A stretch of DNA of 64,000 nt from Lama guanicoe (Eukaryota): positions 13,114,974-13,178,973 of the forward strand of contig MU054187.1 of assembly GCA_013239625.1 (NCBI GenBank), given 5' to 3'. Positions 14,396-24,630 of this stretch are shown here, piece after piece. Every line of letters begins with the position of its first letter. Position 1 is the first letter of the stretch. The notes below the pieces were generated by a model that did no database searches, had not been told where the DNA came from, and saw nothing but the letters and a program-made list of their open reading frames with translations. The position numbers were made by a program, and so were the translations under genes.

Positions 14396-14893
14396 TGTAT
14401 TAGTTATCTACAGCTATGTAACAAAATGCCCCAAAACTTAGCATCTTAAAATAACACACATCTATTATCTTGCACAATTTCTGAGAATCAGAAATCTGGG
14501 ATAGGATGCACCTCAGTTATTTGCATCATCTGAAGGCTGGACTGTGGCTGCAGGACTCACTTCTGAGAAGGCTCCCTCACATGGAGAAAGGAAGAAGAAG
14601 GCTTCAGAGTCTACCTCTCCACATGGCTGTCTGAGTGCCCTCACAACATGGCAGCTGGCTTCCCCAGAGTGAGAGACCAAGGGAGAGCAAGAAGGAAGCC
14701 ACAGTGGCTTTCATGACCTAGTACCCACACTGACACCTCACTTCTCCCTTGTTTCCACTTATTGGAAATGAGTCACTAAGTCTAGACCATACCCAAGGGG
14801 AGGAATTCATCTCAAGGGGTTCCTCGTCAAGAAGCTCCATGTATGAAAGGGAGAAGTATCCAAGAATTTATAACCATATTTTCAACTCGCTAC
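14396..14893 (-). mobile_element. MLT1 (ERVL-MaLR) solo LTR, old subfamily
   Basis: Starts tgtattagttatcta...ccccaaaacttagc and contains cacaacatggcagctggcttccccagag. Confidence 0.8.
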
Positions 14894-16499
14894 AAACACA
14901 GGAAGTGGATATAAAATGTAGAAGTGCTTCTTTAAGATATTCCAAGCACCTTTTAAAATTAATCATAGGAACGTTTGTATATAATATTATATATAAGTAA
15001 AATAACACATGTACAGAAATGAAGACATCAAAGAACCCTTATCACAATATCAGTGCCAATATAAAAATATTCTATGGGCTCTACAATAATCATATTAATT
15101 GACTGAAGGATAAAGAAGGTCACAAAAAAAAAGGAGACCTTAGAAATGTGAAGCTGCATCATATTAGGGTCAAAGGCAATCCTGGAACTGTGGAATAGGA
15201 TCCTCAAACTGAGCACTTCAGAAAGATGCTCTGTTTCCCAATGAGTCCTCCTGCCCAACCCCTGGCAACCAGCACACATTTATTTTGCAATGCATAAACT
15301 TTACAAACTTCAATTATCCAGTATAAAATGAACATTAATAGAATCATACTTGGTTAGAACCAGAAGAGATCATCTCCTCAATTCTCCATCTTATAAATGA
15401 AGAAAATGAGACTCAGAGAGAAGAAATAAGTCAAATCCAGGATGACAGAGCTACCCTGATGGAAACAAAATGGGAAACCTTGAAGAGGGTGGGAGTGCAA
15501 TGGTAGGCTCACCTGTGAGTGCTAACAAGAGAACACAGGCAGGGATCCTCCATCTACTGAAGCACATTAATATCACCCCGGGGCTCTGTCCTGTATTGCC
15601 AATACTTTCACGACACAACTGCAGAGCTGAGTGCATGCCATAGAGATCTTCTAACCGACAAAGTCCAAAGGATCTACTCTCTGGTCCTTTATTGTGTTTT
15701 TGCTATACTGAAATGGATTTCTTATTTGAGCTCACACTTTCGGTGACTTTTCATCTATAAAAGAGTTGTAAACCAGAAAGTGTTGGGGTTTTTTTTCTTT
15801 TAAGTAAGCTGCACTTACCTCCAAAGAAAAAAAAGGTCCCAAAGTCTGTGCCTTTTCCTCAGAAAGAGAGATGCAAATGGCATGATTGGTAACTGCTCAT
15901 ATACATCTACTTCTGAGCACCATGGTCACTGTGCTGTCAGCGCCCCACACATAGGTGCCAGGTCAGAGGCAGTGAGTCTCAGTGGTTAGAGCCCCTCTTT
16001 GCTTTCTTTACAGCATCAGCCACAAGCAATTTTCATCCCTGTCACACTGTAATTGTTTGGTGCATATGGACCAATTGAGCTGTCCCAGGACACAAGATCC
16101 CAGTCAGCTCAGATAAACAAACGTTTACAGAGTGCATGCAAAGGGCTTGACATTGTGTTTGGCCCTAGAAATATAAACAAGTCACTGTCCTGGCTCTGGA
16201 TTAATTTTCCTGTCTAGGTTTTATTCTTCACCTAAAATACCCAACCGGTAATACAACCTGGTACCCACTTTGAACTTTGACAGCCAGTCTCTTCCAAACT
16301 CTCAGACCATATTCCAACCTGAGCTCTTTTAAGGGGCAAACCAGCCTTGCCCATGCAAAGGGAAATGTTGCTTTATTCCTTCCAGCATGGTCTGACATCC
16401 CACACCATCTCCCCTTAACCCTGTAAATGTGTGTCTAATAGAATTCAATTAAGAGGTAGTATCTCATCGCCCCAGTTAGATCCATCTTAATTAAATAAC

Positions 16500-17230
16500 C
16501 ACCAGTGTTTTTTAAGCACTTACTATATGTGTGCCTGGCATGTTTGAGATAATATTAGTAACAATGGCAAACACAGAGATAGCATTTCCTGTATGTGAGG
16601 CACCAGTCTGAGCACTCTCCCATATATAATTTCATTCCATCTTCACACCAGCCGTGTGATGTAACTTATTACCATCATCCCTGTCTACAGAAGAGGAAAG
16701 GCGCCCCAGGGAGGCTTACACACATGCCCAGCGTCACGCGGCCACTGAGTATTGCAGCTCAAATCTGAACGCAGGGGGTCAGGCTCTAGAAACTGTGTTC
16801 TCATTCACAAGCTGACTTTCATATGTTCTTTCCAATCAGAAGGTATTATTCCAATCAAGAAGGTATTATTATCTCTTCTTTACAATTGAGGAAGAACTGA
16901 GGATGAGAGAGGTTTAAAAACTTGCCCAAGTGCAGGGCACAGACCAGAGCAGATATGTCTGATTCCAAGTGCCCTGCGTTTTCCAAAACTATGTCCCACA
17001 AGGCTTGGCACTAATGGCCATATATATCGCTCTACAGTTTACAAAGTGCTTTGGCATATGATATCCTATTTCTACATCACAGAGACCCAGCAACGTAGGT
17101 CTTACTATCTCTATAAAAACAAAGTTGAGGCTTAGAAGTTGAAATAACTTCCCCAAGGTCCCATGGTTAGGAAGATGTGACTCAAAATCAGGTATTCTCA
17201 TTCCAAGTCAAGGCTTTCTTCACGATGCCC
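16500..17230 (-). mobile_element. Cluster of MIR SINE fragments
   Basis: Repeated MIR core motifs (acagaagaggaaagg, gaactgaggatgagagaggttt...cttgcccaag, aataacttccccaaggtc). Confidence 0.7.
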
Positions 17231-18030
17231 AATTGCCTGTCTTTTCACATAAGCATCTATCCCATCATAGCCAGTTTAGCCCCAGCTCTAGGCTTTACTG
17301 CCTGGAGCTGAAAATGCAAAGCATTGCTACTGTCAGATCAAGGGAGAGAAGAGAAACTAGCTTATTAGGGATGCAGCTTGTAACTGACAGTTGTAAAAAG
17401 ACCTTAAGTCATCAGGAAAGAATTGTGTATATTTTCACCTGTAGGTTTTTCCATCAAGATGATTAGCATGTAGGTGATGGTACGTCAAAGGCTAAACCTC
17501 CCCATCTGTAAGATCATGAGATAGGACTAGAATGGTGGTTTCAAACTGGTGCCTCCATCGGTACACCTGGGGGTTTCTTGAAGGTTCATGGGAGGCACCT
17601 ATTGGGTGGTCCACCCAGTCCCTATTCTGGGCACCGCCATGTTTCTGCTGCAGCTCCTGGCTCCATCAGCCACAGAATTGTGACTCACACCAGACCAAGA
17701 GCAGTCTTTCTTTCTGCACGGTAGATGGATCAGTAACATGTAACCCGTGGTCGGCAGGCAGCCAGCGCTGTACAAGGGGAGTACAAAAGCCAGTCTATAA
17801 AGAAAAGGAGGACAGAAGAAAATGTGCAGAGAAAAATAGAAAGAAATCTCCCTGAATTCCCCGGATACCTTTTTTCTTAAGACTTTCCTTTTGTTTGCTT
17901 AAGCCAACTCATGGTGAGTTGCATTATTTGCCACCAAGTAAACTGGAGTTATTCCAAGTGCTGAGACAGAGGGAGGTGGGATGGGTAAGCAAATAGATAA
18001 GGTTTGAAGCCACATATTCTCATCAGGCTT

Positions 18031-18474
18031 TGTTACAGGTTGGATGGTATCGGCCCGAAAAAGATACGTTGAAGTCCTAATCCCCTGTATCTGTGAATGT
18101 GACCTTATTTGAAACAAGGATCTTTGTAGATGTTATCAAGTTAAGATGAGGTCATTAGGTTGGTCCTTAATCCAATATAACTAATGTCCTTATAAGAAGA
18201 GGAGAAAAGACAGATGTAAGAGGAGAATGCCAAGTGACAACATGGCAGAGATCAAAGTGCCGTAGCTGCACGCCAAGAAGTGCCAAGGATTGTTCTAGAT
18301 GTCCAGAAGCTGAGAAGAAGCAAGGAAAACTTCTGCCACAACTTTCAGAGGAAGCCTTGTCAACAACTTGTCTTTGGACTTCTAGCGTCCAGAACTGTGA
18401 GACAATAAATTTCTGTTGTTTTAAGCCACCCAGTTTATTGTGCTTCGTTACAGCAGCCTGATGGAACTAACACA
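18031..18474 (+). mobile_element. MLT1B/C-like solo LTR
   Basis: TG...CA ends; gaatgtgaccttattt and ccagaactgtgagacaataaatttctgttgttttaagccacccag motifs; 5-bp TSD ggctt/ggctc. Confidence 0.9.
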
Positions 18475-19229
18475 GGCTCCTGCTTTAAAAAAGGAAACTG
18501 AAAACTACTGAATTCTATATTTTTTCATTTACCTAAAAAATTCGCTTATATAAAGTATCTCATTCTTGGTAAAGCTGAATGAATGGAATCCTGATTTAAT
18601 TTATAATTTCCCAGTTAATTTGACTTATGTGGATGTACTGTACCTGTATAACTACTTTCAGTAAAATATTCTGCTATATAGTGTCCTTCTCTCCGTTAAT
18701 AAATACGTAGTTAATTTTTACATTTTGGTCAAAGTCACTTTTCATTTTTAGAATGTCCAAGTATAGCAATAAGATATATACATATTTTAGTTCATGGTTT
18801 TCTTGCAATAACAGCTGTTAGCATTTCAATTTTACCATATAGTTATGAGAATACAACAGAGCCCTAAAATACAATTATTCGAAAAAGCTCTAAAATATTA
18901 CCATCTGAAGTTTTGTTAATAAAAGGAAGTTAACCGTCTACCATTTATAATAAAATGCTCCTTTTAGAGTTTTGGGAGACCTGATTCCCTCCACAGCTGA
19001 TAACATAACCAAACACATGTACTGTCAGAATTTATAACACCTGGCACTGGTATACTGGTTGCATTTAAAAATTTTTATTGTGGACTTGAAGGTGGCCAGA
19101 TAATTTTTTATCCATGACCGACATTTTTCTGATGATATTTACAATAAAAGTGCATTAGAATTATACTGCACTTTTCAGTTATCAAAGAATTTTTAAATGC
19201 ACGACCCCACTTGACCTACAAAATTATAA

Positions 19230-19358
19230 CTTTATTTTATTTTAAATTTTTTTGCAGGGAGGATTTACTTATTTATTTTTAGAGGAGGTGCTGGGGATTG
19301 AACCCAGGACCTTGTGTCTGCTAAGCATGTGCTCTACCTCTTGAGCTATAGTCTAGCC
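19230..19358 (-). mobile_element. tRNA-Ala-derived SINE (camelid Vic-1-like)
   Basis: Minus strand tatagctcaagaggtagagcacatgcttagc...gggttcaatcccc with an A-rich tail; 15-bp TSD cctacaaaattataa at 19215-19229 and 19359-19373. Confidence 0.9.
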
Positions 19359-19409
19359 CCTACAAAATTATAATTTTAAATAATAGAAGATAAATACTGT
19401 CTCTGTTTT

Positions 19410-19461
19410 ACAGAGATTTACAATGTTACATTAGTTTCTGGTGTACAGCATAGTGATTCAG

Positions 19462-19494
<33 letters not shown>

Positions 19495-19575
19495 TATTCT
19501 TTTTCATTACAGGTTACTGCAAGCCATTGATATAGCTCCCTGTGCTACACAGTGGGACCTTGTTGTTCATCTACT
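19410..19575 (-). mobile_element. Short 3' UTR fragment of a lineage-specific L1 with an internal (GACA)n repeat
   Basis: Resembles the reverse complement of the L1 3' UTR at about 56415-56550 (tagcacagggaacta...cttgtaataacc...tgctgtacatcagaaact). Confidence 0.75.
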
Positions 19576-22230
19576 CGGTACATACTAGTTTGTCTTCTGA
19601 CTCTGAATCTAAAATGTAGTTTTCAGATGCCAGGACTCTATCTAAATCAGACACAAGGTTTAGGTTTACAGCACGCAGGGTTTTTAACTATAGGGATCAC
19701 AGCTTCTTTAGGAAAATACAGTGATTTTTTTTTAAATTTGCTTTTTTTTTAAGCACTAGTAGGTGCTTTTCTTATCTTGACATAGTTTCCCTTTAGAAAT
19801 CCTCGTAAACTAAAGAACTTGAAAGATGCAGCCATAGCTTGGCCTTTTGATGTTTGAGTTTCAGAGGCCTTTACCCTGAGAGGACCCCCAAGAGACAGTG
19901 GAGCTGGGCTCGTCCAAATGGGGCTCCTCCAGAGGGGATAGTGGAGGGGCCAGAATTAACACTAAAGTGATGTAAAGCCCCACCAACGTCCTCCTCTCCT
20001 TTTTGTCCTCAGAGGCAATTGGAAGAGTCAACAAGACCTGCAAAACCACATGAGCTACTTCTTCCAAGATTTGGAAAACACACAGAAAATTCCAGAATAA
20101 GAAAGGCGGAATTTCTCATTTCAATGTTTGGCCCAGTGCCACACGTCCTTAGGCTCAAAATGAGAAGCTACCTCACCTCTGCCAGTGGTCTCTTGCCAGT
20201 GTCTCTTGTCACATGAAAGGCACATTTCCAAAACTCCACTGCGGTCCAGGGGCTACATCCGGGGACTACTGGGGGTACAATACACTCTTGTGTTTACTCT
20301 GAAGATGTTGACTTTCTCTAAGAAAAACTTTGTGAGCAAAGGACAGCGTCATTCACGTTTGGAAGTGCAAGCACTTCGGGTACCAGGTCTCCCTCTACTC
20401 CTTTATTTTCCTGTTACTTTATTGCTTTCAGCTAAGTTCTAGGTCCTCTTCCCATCTTAAGCCCATGTCCCCACCTTCCTCAGGAAACAGGAAACCTGAG
20501 AGCCAAAGCAGGTGAGCCTGGAGGAGCCCACCCCGCACAGGGGCCTCTGAAACAACTGCGTGCCCTTCGCGGTTGAGTGGGCAGGGGCCAAACTGCCCGG
20601 AAACGGCTTCTCTGATGCTACATGCTGTCTGCCCTTGAGAAACAGCCCTCCCTAGTCTTCCACTTCTGAGACAGCCGGGTATCTTTGAAGGATAAAACTG
20701 CTTCACTCTTCACGGAACAAAACCCCTCAAAATGGTACATGATGAGCTAGCCCATTAAACACCTCTTTGTGTTAGGATAGGCAGAAAAAAAAATTCAATT
20801 ATTATATTCTTTACCTGTTTTTTTTTTAATATGTCTCACACCTTAATTTCTTGTCTTAAATGAGAATTGGCAGAATATAAAATCTCGGAAGAAATTCTGT
20901 AGCATTTATTTGCAGATACTGTTCAATTTGTTAGTGATTCTCTGACACTTTAACCTGCATCAATCTAAGGGACAAAGTTACTTTTAGGTAAGTAAGTAAG
21001 TTGTTATCCATGAGTTTATTTTTCATTTATTTTATATGCACTACAAAACCATCTTTCATATCATAAGAAAATCAAAGATCACAGGCCCAGGACAGGAGTT
21101 TAAAAGAACACAAATTAAATGTGTTAAGGGTGCTTTTCCTGTTTAGGGTGAAAGCTACACCGTACAGAATGTTCTCGAAGTGCTTTCTGTGAATTACCTC
21201 ACAAGATGATTTGGGAGATCCATAAAATACACTTGGTAATTGCATACAGTGTGACTGCCAAAGTACCCTGATAGCATTTGACCCTGTGTTATTAAAATTC
21301 TAATCCATTAGCAGTTACTGCTTATTGCATAACAACCAGTAGGTCTTGTAAAACACACATTTACAGGAACCACAACAGCATTACTAAAGATCACACTTCG
21401 GGTTTGTAATAATTCCATGGCGAACAAAGCTGAGCTACAAAACCACACGTCTAAAAGTGCCATAACTGATCAGAGAATTTACAAGGCAAAGCTATATAAG
21501 GCCACCCCAAATATTGCTATGGAAATTTTCCAAGAAAACAACTCTAACTTACTGAAATAGGCTTTTTTTTTTTAACATTAAAATCCACTGACTTTTTCAA
21601 GTTCTAAATAACTCAAAGGTTATTTATAAGATTACCTCTAATTGGGAATATTCATTTATGAGCCAAAGGACACAAACCTGAGGAAAATGTCTGAGCCCTT
21701 TCTCTTCTGCTCAGAAGATAAACAAACAAAATAAAACCCAAGAGACCTAAGGTTCTCCTTAATTTAAAGCCCACTCAAGAGTTTGTCAAACTGTGAAAAC
21801 TACCACACTAAACCACACATTTTAAAGATACGCACACCCACACAAGTGTTCCCATAAATAACAAACACATACAAAACAATCCAAACTTAGGCATTCATTT
21901 CAAGTGTCATGAGACAAATCTATGTTTTCCCTAAGGCAAAGGAAAATCTAAGTCTGAAAATTACGTTATGCATGTTGGCATAATTAAGTAATATTAAAGG
22001 TTAGCTTTTTCCTCTAGACCTCTACTTTTGATAACTGATGCCTTTAAGAAAGATATAAATTAGGTTAGGCTGATGAAATTGTGTCCTACTTAATTCATAA
22101 CTTTGAAAATCATTAAAAGTTGGTACAGAGCTTTTGAGGAATTTCCAGACACTCAAGTTACAACAAAAATAGTAATTACGATTTTAAAAGTAATAACTCT
22201 TGCCTTAGGACTGACATTCTGTTTACTTAC

Positions 22231-22263
22231 AGACTGTCCGTTTATCCCCCGAGGGTCTTCCAT
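22231..22263 (-). CDS. EYA1: First coding segment (MEDPRGINGQS, 33 nt, phase-0 donor) of an Eyes absent family gene, probably the EYA1 long isoform from the distal promoter; the rest of the CDS lies beyond the left edge of the window
   Basis: Minus strand ATG at 22263-22261 (context tcaATGG), 11 codons, then TCT|GTAAGT donor with the intron starting at 22230. There is no upstream AUG in this exon or in the candidate first exons. Length and peptide resemble recalled EYA4 (MEDSQDLNEQS) and EYA3 (MEEEQDLPEQP) first coding exons; paralog assignment is by elimination and recalled locus layout. Confidence 0.7.
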
Positions 22264-22338
22264 TGAAGACTTCTTCTTCCGAATTATATATGGGCTATTA
22301 GCTACACACTTCTTCAAAGGGTTCCAACTCCTCTGCAC
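22231..22338 (-). other. EYA1: Internal exon of 108 nt (75 nt 5' UTR plus 33 nt CDS)
   Basis: Acceptor ctctattcttcacag|GTG (AG at 22340-22339) and donor TCT|GTAAGT; flanks appear repeat-free and retain CpGs. Confidence 0.85.
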
Positions 22339-24469
22339 CTGTGAAGAATAGAGCATCGAGCAGCTATATTAATTGTGTGGCGTGAAATTACGAGCTTATT
22401 TTTTTATATCTGCAGCTTTCCATTCACTAGCGTGTATACACAAGTCAAGAATACTTACCTTCACTGAATGAATCTTTAAAATAAATATTATGGGCTCACT
22501 GTTTATCACAATTTACACGAGCCAAATGTGGCCAAATTATAGCTCAGTGTGTCTGCTGTTAGCAGCTGCAGCCCAAGGAGGGGGAAAAAAAAAAAAGAAT
22601 GAAGAGGGCAGCTAGAGAGCTTTCCACACACATCATTTCTGAGCCAACAGTATAAGCGTTTTTTTTTTCTTTTCTTTTTTTCTTTTTGAATTCAGTTTCT
22701 CCATGCTATCTATCAACGTCAGCTGTACCACAATGCAAAGAGGAAATACTCACGAAGAAATATGATTGTAGTCAGAGCAAGGATAAAAGGGAAGAAGCTA
22801 GAGCTGAGTGTTTTGCCCTCAGGGCAAGGATATTATTATGCTATTTCTTAGCAAGTTTACATTAGGTCACAGTTTCACGGTTGATCAATTTTGAACCTTC
22901 AGAGACTCAACACTTTCAAGAAGAATGGGAGTTTGCTTCAAGATATGGACAATCAATATAGTGTTTGGAAATATATTCTATGTTCAGCTATCTTCATAAA
23001 AGAATAATAATATTATTATTCACCTAGCTGCCCGTCAGTATTACTTTTTGTACTTGAACTTCTGCAGGTTAACCTGGTAGGAAAACCACTGCAGAGGAAG
23101 TCAAGAGGTCTGAATTTAGGTTCTGACTCCACCACTACCTTATTGAATGAACTCTGGCAAATAATTTAGGCTCCCTGAGACTCAGTTTTATTATCTGTGA
23201 AATGGGAGGTTTCAGCTGGATGACATCTTATATTTTAGGTTTATAATTTAATGAACGCATGCATTTACACACATAATTTTCAGGTGCAACATTCCAAGCT
23301 TGAATCCTTTGCGACGTAATTCTGAAATGCCGGAGTAATTCCTATTCATGATTGTTTTGCTCACAGTTATCAGTGCTGGAAAACATACGCCTCATCCGCT
23401 GTCAACACAGATGTGATGCTTCTTGGATAACATAAGACTCATAAATTGCTCCTAAAATCTGGAGAATCCTTATTAAAGCGAAATATTTTTGTAGTTTCAA
23501 CAAGAAACAATTTCATAATTTCCAGTGAGCAGTAAATAAAAATCATATGGATGTATTTATGATCTGCTAGCCCAAGAAAACACAACAGACCACTCTATTT
23601 TGAACTGCACAAAATTTCAGAACTGAATCTTAAAATCCACCAGCATTGCTTTGAGAGGATTTCTTACATAATGAGGGAAGAGATATTACAGAAACTAGAT
23701 TTGTTTCAATGCTTACATTACTCTCTGGAGGCGTGTTAACTTTTCCAGGCGATAAAGTAGCATTTTAAAATAATGATAATAACCCTGCCTCACATTGCTA
23801 AAACTTTTACACTTTACAAAGTGCTTTCACATAAATTGCCCACAGTGCACCTATATGTGGCGAGACAAAGTCCAGCCTCATTCCTCACAGAATGGGGCAG
23901 GCCCAGGACAAAGCCCCCTCTGATTTCCCCTAAATTCCTGTCCTCTCCATACCTGTCCTGAGAGCATGTTCCAATCAAAGTCTGTATACTTGATATTCCA
24001 GGATTATTTCCCATGTGTTTCTTTTCCGTGTTTCCCTATTGGACTTACTGAACAGTTTAAGGCATTAAGAACGGTCAAGTTACACGAGCACGGAAGGTAT
24101 TTCACTCGTCATTTTATGTCTTCTGAAGATGAAACTCTTCTGCACTGAATACTATGCGTGTTATTGTTTCCGGGGCTAAAAAGAAAAGACTGAGACCGCT
24201 GAGAAAGCCAAAAGAATCAGCCCGCATCTAGTTCAGGTAGATGTTTCCACTACCATCCCCAAATCAGAAAAGCACAGAGACCCACGGACTTTATTTACAA
24301 ATCCTCCCCTGCTTGCCAAATCAGCATAGTTGTTTCCAGATTTCTCCATGTCAACCCAAACCATGAAATATACGCCATGACTGGATCTACTGATACTTGG
24401 GAGCCTGGCTCTGGGAAGCCCTTAATTCCCTTGTTGGACTTGATCTTTCATGGTTTATACATAAGCCTG

Positions 24470-24630
24470 TGCCTCCATTATAGCACTTATCCAATGGGAC
24501 TGTAATTACTTCTCTCCCTGTCTCCCTGACTGGATTGTAGCTCCATAAGAGCTAGGACCATGCCTCACTCTCTAGTTCTGGCCACATATGGTGCTCATTA
24601 AGTATTTTGAATGAATGAATGAATGAATAT
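24470..24630 (+). mobile_element. L2 3' end
   Basis: ggattgtagctcc...ggtgctcattaagtattttgaatgaatgaatgaatgaat tail. Confidence 0.7.

Noticed and set aside
16830..16868. 19/20-bp tandem duplication ttccaatc(a)agaaggtatta
   Set aside because: Ordinary slippage between MIR fragments with no functional hint.
20981..21000. cttttag|gtaagtaagt recursive-site-like motif
   Set aside because: It is on the plus strand, antisense to the host gene, and part of a short (GTAA)n repeat.
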